Positions 9,779 through 19,375 are shown, counted from the first letter of the stretch. The stretch: DNA of 37,017 nt from Acidobacteriota bacterium (GCA_037384885.1 JARRNO010000013.1:1-37017); one strand, 5' to 3'. Notes: generated by a model from the sequence alone, not told the origin. A program made the numbers and translations.

Positions 9779-10789
9779 ATGAACACGGAGCGTTTTGAGG
9801 AGATTCGCCGAGAGTGCTTTCGGGAAATTTCCCTTGCCCGGACCGAAGGCGAACTTCTCGAATTGAAGGGCCGGTATATCGGGAAGAAGCGAGGTATCCT
9901 ACAGAACCTAATGGTTGAACTGAAGGATGCGCCGCCTTCCGAGAGGCCGGATCTCGGGCGGGCCGTCAATCGGTTGAAGCAGGACCTGGTCGGTCAATTC
10001 GAAGAGGCTATGGCTGTCCTGGAAGCTTCGAAGCGGGAACCCAAGCTGGTGGATGTGACACTCCCGGGCCGGCGGCCTGAACTCGGGCGGCTTCACCCGA
10101 TTACCCAGATGCGTCGAGAGATTGAGAACATCTTTCTCCAAATGGGTTACGCCGTGGCCGAGGGCCCGGAGGTGGAAGATCCGTTTCACAACTTCGAAGC
10201 GCTCAATACTCCGGCGGACCACCCTTCGCGGGACATTCAAGACACCTTTTATCTGAAAAACGGACTGCTGCTCCGAACGCAAACTTCGCCGGTGCAGATC
10301 CGTACCATGGAAGCGCGGAAGCCCCCCATCAAAATCATTGCTCCAGGGCGGGTTTTCCGCCGGGATGACGATGTGAGCCATTCGCCCATGTTTTTCCAGG
10401 TGGAAGGACTTGTGGTTGACCGCGCGATCACCCTTGCTGATTTGAAAGGCACCCTGTATGAATTTTACCGGACGCTTTTCCACCGGGAGATAGAGATTCG
10501 ATTCCGGCCGTCCTACTTCCCCTTTACAGAACCGTCCGCCGAAACGGATCTGACCTGCGTCATATGCGGTGGCGAGGGCTGCGGCGTCTGCAAGAAAACA
10601 GGCTGGCTTGAAGTGGGGGGGTGCGGCATGGTCGATCCGAACGTCTTTCAGAGCGTCGGCATCGATCCTGAGGAGTACAGCGGCTTTGCCTTTGGACTTG
10701 GGATCGACCGCATCGCTATGTTGAAATTCCACATCGACAACATCAAGTACTTTTACGAAAACGATCTGCGTTTTCTGGAACAGTTTTGA
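9779..10789 (+). CDS. pheS: Phenylalanine-tRNA ligase alpha subunit
   Basis: HPSRDIQDTFY, LLRTQTSPVQIR, FRPSYFPFTEPS, GFAFGLG. Confidence 0.98.
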   Translation: MNTERFEEIRRECFREISLARTEGELLELKGRYIGKKRGILQNLMVELKDAPPSERPDLGRAVNRLKQDLVGQFEEAMAVLEASKREPKLVDVTLPGRRPELGRLHPITQMRREIENIFLQMGYAVAEGPEVEDPFHNFEALNTPADHPSRDIQDTFYLKNGLLLRTQTSPVQIRTMEARKPPIKIIAPGRVFRRDDDVSHSPMFFQVEGLVVDRAITLADLKGTLYEFYRTLFHREIEIRFRPSYFPFTEPSAETDLTCVICGGEGCGVCKKTGWLEVGGCGMVDPNVFQSVGIDPEEYSGFAFGLGIDRIAMLKFHIDNIKYFYENDLRFLEQF

Positions 10790-10797
10790 GGGTATAA

Positions 10798-12843
10798 ATG
10801 CGGTTTCCACCTTCCTGGATCAGAGAATACGTCAAGGTTCCGGCCGATGACACGGCTCTAGCGGCCGCTTTCACTCTATCCGGCAGCGAAGTGGAAGAAA
10901 GACTCAAGGTGGAAGGGGAGACGGTGTTCGATTTCGGGATCACCGTAAACCGTCCCGACTGCATGAACGTTCTGGGACTGGCCCGGGAAGCTTCCGCTCT
11001 TTTCGGGACGCCTCTGAACCCGCCCGGGATCTCCTATCATGCCCCCACGGCTGAGAGCTCGGTGAGCGGACGGGTTTCCGTCGAGTCTCCCGAATTGTGC
11101 CCGCGCTATCGGGCCCTTCTGCTGACGGGAGTCAAGCCCGGTCCAAGCCCGGCGTGGATTCAGAAACGGCTGGTTGAGTGCGGCCAGAGGCCTATCAATG
11201 CCGTGGTGGACATTACAAATTACGTGCTCCTGGAATTGGGTCATCCGCTTCATGCATTTGATCTTGACAGGCTCGCCGGGCAGAAGATCGTGGTGCGCAC
11301 CGCCAGGGAGGGCGAGAGCCTGGCGATGCTGGATGGAGAATCGAGGGAGCTTCCCGCCGGGACACTTGTTATCGCCGACGCGAAGGCGCCGGTGGCGGTG
11401 GCCGGTGTCATGGGAGGCGTGGAAACAGGCGTCACCTTCTCCACGCGAAACATTCTGCTTGAGGGAGCGGTGTTCGATCCGATTTCCATAAGACGGACGG
11501 CCAGGCGCCTGGGCCTTCATACTGAAGCATCTCACCGGTTCGAGCGGGGTGTTGATTTTCACGGACCCGTTATGGCGCTCGATCGCGCGGCAAGCCTCAT
11601 TCTGGAAAATTGCGGCGGTGAAGCCGCCAAGGAAGTCACCGACGTGACAGCCCGGACTCCCTCTCAGCCTCGAATCACGCTGAAGGGGAAAACACTCAAT
11701 TCGGTAGGAGGCTTCCACCTGCCCTTCGAGCGCGCCGCAGCCATTCTCAAGTCCCTAGGGTTCAGCGCCGTCCCGGAGGGAGAAGATGCCCTTGAAGTCG
11801 GCGTTCCAAGCTTCAGGGTGGATGTGAGCAGAGAAATCGACCTCGTGGAAGAGGTGCTCCGCATCCACGGGATGGACGCGGTGCCCTCAAGGCGTCCTCA
11901 AGTGGTGGATCCTGTGGGGGGGCGGCCCCCTGCGCTTCAATTGGAGGAGGCGGCTCGCGATATCCTGAGTGCGTCGGGTTTCAGCGAAACAATCCATCTG
12001 ACGATGACCGACCCGGAACTGGAAGAAGCCGCGGCTCTCGGAGGCCCTCCCGTGCCTTTGGACAATCCCATGTCCGAAACGGCATCGATCCTTCGAGCCA
12101 CCCTCGCCGGCTCGCTGCTGAGTTGCGCAGTCAAGAACAGGGACCGCGGCACGCAGGAGATGTCTCTGTTCGAAATCGGGTTTGCTTTTTCCGCAGGCAG
12201 TGGTGAAGGGAAATCCATCGTACAGTCCCGGCGTCTGGCCCTGCTGGATTTTGTTGACGATCCCCCCACCTCTTTGCATGGAAATAAGCCGCATGGTCTC
12301 CTCCGGTTGAAAGGAACACTGGAGGTCCTTGCGGAGCGCCTCGGCATTTGCGGCCTGTCTTTTAAGAAAGAAAACGCCCCGGCCTTCGCCGAGGGGCAGG
12401 GTCTGGCCGTTCTAATCGACGGTAAGCCCATCGGGTCGGCGGGGGCCATATCGGGCCGCCTGCTTGGCCGCTTGTCGCTGCGCGGCCATGCCTTTGTTTC
12501 TGAAATCCGGCTCGATGGTCTGGAGGGCGCCAGGAAAATTCCCAGATTCAAGCCGTTTTCGAGATTTCCTTCCGTCGTCAGAGACTTTTCATTCGTTGTA
12601 GACGATCATGTGGAATGGGAGAAGATCCGGAACCTGTTCGAGAATCTTTCCCTGCCGCATCTCGTTTCCGTCAACCTTGTGGATCTTTATAAGGGAGAGA
12701 GCGTTCCTCAAGGAAAGACATCCTGGACCGTATCATTGGTCTTTCGATCCGAGGAGCGGACCTTGGAGGAGAAGGACCTGGATTCCATTCCCGGGCGTGT
12801 AGAGGGAGCGCTGGCGTCTGAAATCGGAGCGACGCTTCGTTAG
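10798..12843 (+). CDS. pheT: Phenylalanine-tRNA ligase beta subunit (short form)
   Basis: NRPDC, INAVVDITNYV, RFERGVD, REIDLVEEV and C-terminal FDX-ACB (RFPSVVRDFS). Confidence 0.97.
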   Translation: MRFPPSWIREYVKVPADDTALAAAFTLSGSEVEERLKVEGETVFDFGITVNRPDCMNVLGLAREASALFGTPLNPPGISYHAPTAESSVSGRVSVESPELCPRYRALLLTGVKPGPSPAWIQKRLVECGQRPINAVVDITNYVLLELGHPLHAFDLDRLAGQKIVVRTAREGESLAMLDGESRELPAGTLVIADAKAPVAVAGVMGGVETGVTFSTRNILLEGAVFDPISIRRTARRLGLHTEASHRFERGVDFHGPVMALDRAASLILENCGGEAAKEVTDVTARTPSQPRITLKGKTLNSVGGFHLPFERAAAILKSLGFSAVPEGEDALEVGVPSFRVDVSREIDLVEEVLRIHGMDAVPSRRPQVVDPVGGRPPALQLEEAARDILSASGFSETIHLTMTDPELEEAAALGGPPVPLDNPMSETASILRATLAGSLLSCAVKNRDRGTQEMSLFEIGFAFSAGSGEGKSIVQSRRLALLDFVDDPPTSLHGNKPHGLLRLKGTLEVLAERLGICGLSFKKENAPAFAEGQGLAVLIDGKPIGSAGAISGRLLGRLSLRGHAFVSEIRLDGLEGARKIPRFKPFSRFPSVVRDFSFVVDDHVEWEKIRNLFENLSLPHLVSVNLVDLYKGESVPQGKTSWTVSLVFRSEERTLEEKDLDSIPGRVEGALASEIGATLR

Positions 12844-12852
12844 GAGCGGGCC

Positions 12853-13101
12853 ATGCTGTTCGAAGATGAGAGCACAGCGGTTCCGAAGGAACTGCTGAAT
12901 CAACTTAAACAGAAAGCCCATGAAGTTGCGGGCGTACTAAAGCTGCTGCGGCAGCAGAACGAGCAGCTAAAGCGAGATGCCGACGAGCTGCGCCGCGAGC
13001 TGGAACAGGAAAAGGAAAGAACGCGGTTTTTCGAAAGCGAACGGCAGGAGCTCCGGGAAGTCGTGGAGGAGCTCCTGAAGGAATTTGAACAGGTATCATG
13101 A
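12853..13101 (+). CDS. Coiled-coil protein, ZapB-like
   Basis: 82-aa heptad-rich helix between pheT and zapA; SD AGGAG. Confidence 0.7.
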   Translation: MLFEDESTAVPKELLNQLKQKAHEVAGVLKLLRQQNEQLKRDADELRRELEQEKERTRFFESERQELREVVEELLKEFEQVS

Positions 13102-13394
13102 TGAATGCAAGTGGGGACCGCCTTCTTGAACTCAAGATACTCGGCCAGACGTATCGGGTGCGGGTGCAGGGTTCAGAAGAAAGGGCAGAAAAGGTCCGAA
13201 GCCTCGTCGAGCAGACAGTGGATGATGTACAAAAACGGGCGCCTTTGAGTGATCCGGCCATGGTCGCCGTGCTGGCGGCCCTGAACCTGGGAGACCGCCT
13301 GTTGATGCTTGAGGAGAATCAAAAAGGCCTGGCCATGGAAATAAAAGATGTTTCGTCGGATGTGGCCAAGGTTCTTGACGATGCGTTGATTTAA
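13098..13394 (+). CDS. zapA: Cell division protein ZapA
   Basis: ILGQTYRV and AVLAALNLGD motifs; pheT-zapA-rny synteny. Confidence 0.9.
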   Translation: MMNASGDRLLELKILGQTYRVRVQGSEERAEKVRSLVEQTVDDVQKRAPLSDPAMVAVLAALNLGDRLLMLEENQKGLAMEIKDVSSDVAKVLDDALI

Positions 13395-13448
13395 TCACGC
13401 TGCCCCCGGGTCTCCCCCTCTGTTCACCGCGATGCAGGGAGGACCCCC

Positions 13449-15005
13449 GTGTTAACGACGATTCTGATTTCGCTATCGGCATTTATCCTGGGTGGAGGGA
13501 CCGTTCTCGTCTTTTCGCTGCTTCAAAGGCAATCTGAGAAGAAGGTTGCCAGGAGCAAAGCGAAAGAGATTCTGGATGAGGCGGCGCGTGAGGCGGAAAA
13601 GCTTCTCACTGAAACCGAGCTGCAGGGGAAGGAAAAACTTCTCCAGCTCGAGCAGGAACAGGACCGTCTCTGGCGCAGCCGCCAGGATGAGGTGGAGAGG
13701 CTCCGCACGGATCTCGACGCCCGCGGCCAAAAACTGGACAAAGCTCTTCGCCATACCCGCGACCAATTGAACCAGCTCAACCAGCGCGAAAAGGCTCTTC
13801 AGCAGCAGGAGGAGGAGGCTGGGGAAACCATGCGCGCTGCTAGGGAAATGCAAAAGGCCCAGCAGAGCAAGCTTGAAGAAATTGCCAATATGACACCGGC
13901 CGAAGCCAAGCAGGAACTGATGCGCCAATTCGAATTTGACGCCCGCCGTGAATCCACGCGCATCGTCAGGCGCATCGAACAGAACGCCCGGGACCGGGCC
14001 AAGAAGCTTGCGCGCATTATTCTCATTCAGGCCATAGAAAAAGTGACGCCGCATCTTCCACTGGAGGGCCTGGTCACGGTGGTACGCCTACCGAACGAGG
14101 AGATGAAGGGGCGGGTCATCGGAAGGGAAGGGCGCAATATCATGACATTTGAACGCATCACCGGTGTGGATGTGATCGTGGACGACACCCCGGAAATCAT
14201 CATGCTGGCGTGCCACAACCCCATGCGCCGGGAAATTGCGAAGCTGGCCCTCGAAAAACTCGTGGAGGATGGCAGAATCCATCCGGCTCGAATCGAAGAG
14301 TTCAACGAAAAGGCGAGAGAGCAGATCGAGGAAACGCTCTTCGAACAGGGGAAAGAAGCGCTGTTCCAGCTGGGCATTTATAACATGCACGACTACCTCA
14401 TTACCATGGTCGGCCGCATGCGGCTCCGCACGGCCCTGGGGCAGAACCTGCTGGAGCATTCCATGGAAACGGCGAAGATTGCCACATTTATCGGGCAGGC
14501 CGTGGATGTGAATGTGGACACCATCAAGCGGGCCGGCATCCTTCATGAAATCGGGCATCTGGACGAGCAGTTCGGCGAAACGCACCCCGTTCTCCTGGCC
14601 GCCCAGATCGCCAAGCAATATGGCGAACCGCAGGCCGTTGTGGACTGTATCGCACACCTGCATCCCGACCATCCCTCCACTGCTCCCGAGGCTCATATCC
14701 TGGAGTCTGCGGAACACCTTTCTCTTGCCATTCCTGGGATTCACAGGGAGGGACTCGAAAAATACGTGGAGCACCTCGAAGCCATTGAACGCATGGTTAT
14801 GGAATTCAAGGGTGTGCAGAAGGCTTATGCGGTCAAAGCCGGGCGCGAACTGCTGGTCTTTTTGGATCCCGGGCAAGCGGACGACGAATACACCGTATGG
14901 CTGGCCAAAGACGTGGCCGAACGGCTGGAGCGTGAAACACAGTTCGCGGGCCAGATCAAGGTGCAGGTCGTTCGCGAGAGCAGGCACATCGCCTACGCCA
15001 AGTAG
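13449..15005 (+). CDS. rny: Ribonuclease Y with a divergent HD domain
   Basis: N-terminal TM, coiled coil, KH (MKGRVIGREGRNI, DGRIHPARIEE), HD-like domain, C-terminal AYAVKAGREL. The HD dyad reads HE. Confidence 0.9.
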   Translation: MLTTILISLSAFILGGGTVLVFSLLQRQSEKKVARSKAKEILDEAAREAEKLLTETELQGKEKLLQLEQEQDRLWRSRQDEVERLRTDLDARGQKLDKALRHTRDQLNQLNQREKALQQQEEEAGETMRAAREMQKAQQSKLEEIANMTPAEAKQELMRQFEFDARRESTRIVRRIEQNARDRAKKLARIILIQAIEKVTPHLPLEGLVTVVRLPNEEMKGRVIGREGRNIMTFERITGVDVIVDDTPEIIMLACHNPMRREIAKLALEKLVEDGRIHPARIEEFNEKAREQIEETLFEQGKEALFQLGIYNMHDYLITMVGRMRLRTALGQNLLEHSMETAKIATFIGQAVDVNVDTIKRAGILHEIGHLDEQFGETHPVLLAAQIAKQYGEPQAVVDCIAHLHPDHPSTAPEAHILESAEHLSLAIPGIHREGLEKYVEHLEAIERMVMEFKGVQKAYAVKAGRELLVFLDPGQADDEYTVWLAKDVAERLERETQFAGQIKVQVVRESRHIAYAK

Positions 15006-15066
15006 CTGGATGGGGACGCAGAGGCGCCATCCCACCCGTTGAAAATAAACAGCAGGGGAACTCTTT

Positions 15067-15858
15067 ATGAAAATTCTTTTTCTTGGAGACATTGTCGGCC
15101 GTCCCGGGAGACGCGCCATCAGGGCTTTACTACCGGATTTGACGCGGACCTTTCTTCCGGACGTTATCGTGGCCAACGCTGAAAACGCAGCCGGCGGGTT
15201 CGGCATCAACCAAAAGATTCTTGATGAATTGTTCCAAATGGGTATCCATGTCATCACAACCGGAAATCACGTTTGGGACAAACGGGAGCTGATTCCCATC
15301 ATCGACAGGGAACCTCGCCTGATCCGCCCCATGAACTACGTTCCGGAAGCGCCCGGGAAGGGGGCTTACCGAATGGAACTCCCCACGGGAGGCGTTTTGT
15401 GGGTTATTAACCTCCAAGGCAAAATTCTCATGCCTCCCATCCAATGTCCGTTTCGAACCTTGGACCATTTCCTGGAGACACTCCCGCCGGACGAAAAGTG
15501 CGTGCTCGTTGATTTTCATGCAGAGGCAACCAGTGAAAAACGCGCCATGGGCTTTTATTTCGACGGCCGGGTCAGCCTCATGCTCGGAACCCATACGCAT
15601 GTTCCCACTGCCGATGCCGAGATTCTGGAAGGCGGAACGGGATACATCACTGATGTGGGTATGACCGGTCCTTACGCCTCGGTGATCGGCATGGATCCCC
15701 GGTCCTCCATCGAACGAATGCTTTACGGTATGCCCACAGCCTTGAATGTGGCCAAGGGGAAGCCGGCCATCGCAGCGGTTTTCGCCGAGGTTGATGAGGA
15801 AACCGGACGATGCCTATCCTTTGAGAGCCGCCTGATCAAGCTCGAAGAGTCCCGCTGA
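15067..15858 (+). CDS. ymdB: TIGR00282/YmdB family metallophosphoesterase
   Basis: GDIVG, NAENAAGG, TGNHVWD, DFHAEATSEK, GTHTHV; directly downstream of rny. Confidence 0.95.
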   Translation: MKILFLGDIVGRPGRRAIRALLPDLTRTFLPDVIVANAENAAGGFGINQKILDELFQMGIHVITTGNHVWDKRELIPIIDREPRLIRPMNYVPEAPGKGAYRMELPTGGVLWVINLQGKILMPPIQCPFRTLDHFLETLPPDEKCVLVDFHAEATSEKRAMGFYFDGRVSLMLGTHTHVPTADAEILEGGTGYITDVGMTGPYASVIGMDPRSSIERMLYGMPTALNVAKGKPAIAAVFAEVDEETGRCLSFESRLIKLEESR

Positions 15859-15882
15859 TAACGGCTGGGCCTCGCCTCTCCC

Positions 15883-15911
15883 TTGCCTGAAGACCGCGCC
15901 GGTGCTACATT
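15883..15911 (+). promoter_or_regulatory. Putative sigma70 promoter for the hypothetical + TPR-Clp operon
   Basis: TTGCCT-17 nt-TACATT with an extended TG. Confidence 0.6.
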
Positions 15912-15971
15912 TAAAAAGCAGCTGTCGGGCTGAGTCGGAAACCCGGCTCAGACAGCCCAAGGTGAGGTGCC

Positions 15972-16367
15972 ATGGCACAGAAGCTGATTCTGCGTAAACG
16001 GGACGGACAAATGATCCGGTGCGAAACCAATACGCATTTTTCGTCTTCGCTTCGCGAACTCAAGGTGATCGGTACAGACGGCGGAATACGGTCTGTCCCT
16101 CTGAACGACCTAAAGGCAGTTTTCTTTGTTCAGGACTTCGAGGGGAATCCTGCCTACCGTCCCACATCCGAATATAGCGAGGAATCGCCCAAGGCGGGGA
16201 AATCCGTTACGGTGACCTTTCCCGATGGTGAAATACTGCGCGGAAGGGTTCTCAGCATTCCGGAAGGAGGAGCGGGCTTCTTCTTGTTCCCGGCCGACCC
16301 CCTGGAGAATAACGAAAAAGTGTTCGTGGTCCGTGCGCCGGATGTGGTTGTCGAGGTGGATGAATGA
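15972..16367 (+). CDS. Conserved hypothetical protein (DUF6982-like, two small beta-rich repeats)
   Basis: SD GAGG; LKAVFFVQDFEG and VTFPDGEILRG...GFFLFPAD motifs. Family name from recall. Confidence 0.6.
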   Translation: MAQKLILRKRDGQMIRCETNTHFSSSLRELKVIGTDGGIRSVPLNDLKAVFFVQDFEGNPAYRPTSEYSEESPKAGKSVTVTFPDGEILRGRVLSIPEGGAGFFLFPADPLENNEKVFVVRAPDVVVEVDE

Positions 16368-19279
16368 ACGGCCCGCTTGACGAACTTCTTCTGAAGCTTC
16401 ATCCGCGCATCGCTTTTGCCTTGGGAGACGGTGCGCCCAATCCAAACCTCCCGGCTTCAGATGAGGGCTTTCGCCTGCTGAAGTCGTCCATGCATCTTAT
16501 TTCCATGGCCGGGCTCTCGGCGCTTCGGGAGAAGAACAATTACACCGAGGTTCTTCTCAAGAGAGCGGCTCAGGTTCTCGCCGATCCCACGATGGAGAAT
16601 CACGCCCTCTTTCAAGCCGCGCTGTTTTCAACGTATCGGGATATTTTCGGCCGCCTGTTCCCCGTCCAGTTCGCCGGCAAAGACTTGATGCCTCTCTATC
16701 TCCGCAAGTACCTGCAAATTCAGGACGCCCTCGCGAAACTCGCCCGTCTGCCGACGGAATCCAGAAAGGGGGAGCATTCTAATAAAATTGTCAGCGACGC
16801 CCTGACATTCGTGATCAACAACTGGACGGGATCGGTGGTACACCTGCGCCCCTCGAAAAGTGCGCCGGAAGGGCCCGAGGTTCTCGCAATATCGGAAGCG
16901 CCCAAGGCGGCCTACCACATCAAGACGCTCTCACACCAGATCCGGGAAGGGGTGTATTGGGTTTCGGAAACAACTCAGCCGCTGTCACTGTATCCGTTCT
17001 TTTACCACGACGGGGAGAAACGCTACCTGTTCAGGATGCTGACCTCGGACGGGGCCTTCTATAGTGAGATGGGGAAGGACGGTTATTCTTTACTGTTCAG
17101 TACAGCCCTTGTCATGGATTTGGGCGAGTTCCTCTTCAAGGCGGGGGATTACGCGCGGGCCATTGGACTTTACAAGCTCGCGGGCCCTCAGAATCGTGAA
17201 GCGGCCATCATCGTGTCCACCTTGAACCACTGCCTCACGGCCCAGGACCACGCCAAGAGGGGAGAGCCCGCAAAAGCAGCGTCCGAGTGGGAATTGGCGC
17301 TGATGGTCAAACCTGAATTTCCGGTCCTGTACCACGAGTTGGCAAGAGACTATCTGGCTTCGAACCATATTTCCCAAGCTGTTTCGGTCATGAACCGTCT
17401 CTTGGAAAGATTCCCGATCAGCGACGAAGGATATGTGGCACTGGGCGATATCTACGCGTCTAAACGTGATTGGGGGAGAGCGCAGCGTGCTTACGAGAAG
17501 GCGCTGATTCTCAATCCGCACCATGCCGAAGCAGGAGACAAGAAGAATGTGGCGCAGGTCCACCTGGAATCGAGAGCGAGGCCGGAAACAGCAAAGACAT
17601 CGGAAACGGCGGCTCTGCCTGAAGAACTTCTCGTATCGGTGACCGACCGCGTTTTGGATACTCCGAAGGAGCCCCTGGTGGGGCGCGAAGAGGACCTGGA
17701 GCAGCTCGTCCAGATTCTCTCGTGCCGTGATAAGAGAAACGCCCTGATCGTGGGAGAGGCCGGCGTAGGTAAAACAGCCCTCGTGGAGGCGCTTGCGCTG
17801 GCGATCCAAGGGGAGCATACTCCGGACCCTCTCCGGGGCAAGCGAATCTCCTCCTTGAATCTGGGCGCGTTGGTCGCAGGCGCTCGTTTCAGGGGGCAAT
17901 TCGAGGAGCGCGTTCTCCAGTTGATTCAGAAAATCCGGAACCAGGGGACATCATTCCTTAAGCATTTTCATGTGCTGAGACTTGAGGAGCTTTCTTTCGA
18001 CGCCGTGCAAGAAGTGATCCGGCAGCGAAAGACGGGCTACGAGCGTTATCACGGTGTCCGCATCCCCATTGATCTATTTGAGAATCATCTGGACCTTGTC
18101 AGAATGTCCGTTCCCAACAGATGTCTTCCCGAAAGCGTGCTGGATCTCATGGACCGGACGGCGGCGCGAGTGGCGCTGAGGGCCATGGACAGCGCACAGC
18201 CAAGTGACGTGACTCGCGCCGACCTGCTGATGACCCTCTCACAAATGTCGGGAATTTCATTTGAGCGTTTGGCCCTGTTGAAGAGGGACCGGCTGGAGGG
18301 TCTCGAAGAACTTTTGTCGGCGTATGTTATCGGGCAGGATACCGCCATCGAAAGCGTCAGCCGGGTGGTGCGGGCCGGCAAGCTGGGCTTGGATCTTAGC
18401 CCCCATCGTCCGGACGGCGTCTTCTTATTCGTGGGTCCCACGGGTGTGGGGAAGACGGAGACGGCACGCTCCCTCGCCAAGCTGCTTTTTGGCGACGAAG
18501 AGAAGCTGATTCGCATCGACATGAGCGAATACATGGAGCGAATCAGCGGCTCGCGCTTGATCGGAACGGCGCCAGGGTACGTTGGATATTACGACCAGAA
18601 CCAGTTGACCGATAAAGTGCGCCAGAACCCATACTGCGTCATCCTTTTCGATGAAGTCGAAAAGGCGGATCCGCAAGTTCTCAACCTGTTCCTCCAGATC
18701 TTTGACGCAGGCCGGCTTACAGACGGAAAGGGACGCACGGTTCGGTTCAACCATGCCACCATTATCATGACGAGCAACGTGGGAACAGGGCTGTATTCGC
18801 ACAGCCCCGTCGGCTACGGCGAACCGGACGGCAGGGGAGTGGACGAGGCTGCCATTCTTAGAGAGGTTAAGGTGGCCTTCACTCCCGAATTTCTGAACCG
18901 CCTTGATGAAGTCGTGGTGTTCAAAAATCTCACAGCAGCCTCTCTCGGCCGCATTCTCGATCTTCAACTCAGGGGACTTAGGGAAAGACTGTCACACCAG
19001 GGAAAAGTTCTGGTTCTGGATGATGATGCGAGGAGTTTCCTTTCCCACGAGGGCTATTCGTTTGAATACGGGGCGCGCAACCTCAGCAGAACACTCCGTA
19101 GACGGATCGTGGAACCGATGGCCCGGATGGCAGTGGGAAAAGACTGGGAAACCGCCCGGGGAATCCGGGTGTCTCTGGAAAACGGAGAAACGCGGCTTGT
19201 CTTGATCCAGGGCGAAGACCAGGTTCAACTGGAAGCCGAAGGGCGGGAAAATGAATTTCAGGGAGAAGGGGAGCCCTGA
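16364..19279 (+). CDS. TPR-containing Clp/Hsp100 AAA+ ATPase with a truncated first AAA module
   Basis: Unknown N-domain, TPR helices, D1 Walker A GEAGVGKT and GARFRGQFEER; intact D2 (GPTGVGKT, RIDMSEY, PGYVGY, ILFDEVEK, GRLTDGKG, PEFLNRLD, YGARNL). Confidence 0.88.
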   Translation: MNGPLDELLLKLHPRIAFALGDGAPNPNLPASDEGFRLLKSSMHLISMAGLSALREKNNYTEVLLKRAAQVLADPTMENHALFQAALFSTYRDIFGRLFPVQFAGKDLMPLYLRKYLQIQDALAKLARLPTESRKGEHSNKIVSDALTFVINNWTGSVVHLRPSKSAPEGPEVLAISEAPKAAYHIKTLSHQIREGVYWVSETTQPLSLYPFFYHDGEKRYLFRMLTSDGAFYSEMGKDGYSLLFSTALVMDLGEFLFKAGDYARAIGLYKLAGPQNREAAIIVSTLNHCLTAQDHAKRGEPAKAASEWELALMVKPEFPVLYHELARDYLASNHISQAVSVMNRLLERFPISDEGYVALGDIYASKRDWGRAQRAYEKALILNPHHAEAGDKKNVAQVHLESRARPETAKTSETAALPEELLVSVTDRVLDTPKEPLVGREEDLEQLVQILSCRDKRNALIVGEAGVGKTALVEALALAIQGEHTPDPLRGKRISSLNLGALVAGARFRGQFEERVLQLIQKIRNQGTSFLKHFHVLRLEELSFDAVQEVIRQRKTGYERYHGVRIPIDLFENHLDLVRMSVPNRCLPESVLDLMDRTAARVALRAMDSAQPSDVTRADLLMTLSQMSGISFERLALLKRDRLEGLEELLSAYVIGQDTAIESVSRVVRAGKLGLDLSPHRPDGVFLFVGPTGVGKTETARSLAKLLFGDEEKLIRIDMSEYMERISGSRLIGTAPGYVGYYDQNQLTDKVRQNPYCVILFDEVEKADPQVLNLFLQIFDAGRLTDGKGRTVRFNHATIIMTSNVGTGLYSHSPVGYGEPDGRGVDEAAILREVKVAFTPEFLNRLDEVVVFKNLTAASLGRILDLQLRGLRERLSHQGKVLVLDDDARSFLSHEGYSFEYGARNLSRTLRRRIVEPMARMAVGKDWETARGIRVSLENGETRLVLIQGEDQVQLEAEGRENEFQGEGEP

Positions 19280-19375
19280 GGGACTCCTGGGCCGCCACTC
19301 GCTGCGAGCCTTCGGCGCCGTTACCTTGATGGGCCCTTTGCATCTATAGTAACCTGATACGGAGGTAGTCAGCCC

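Noticed and set aside
13411-15059. Complementarity between the sequences flanking rny (CCCCTCTGTT and AACAGCAGGGG), suggesting a 6S RNA split by rny
   Set aside because: Only about 10 bp with a bulge, and the G-run doubles as the ymdB SD, so chance is sufficient.
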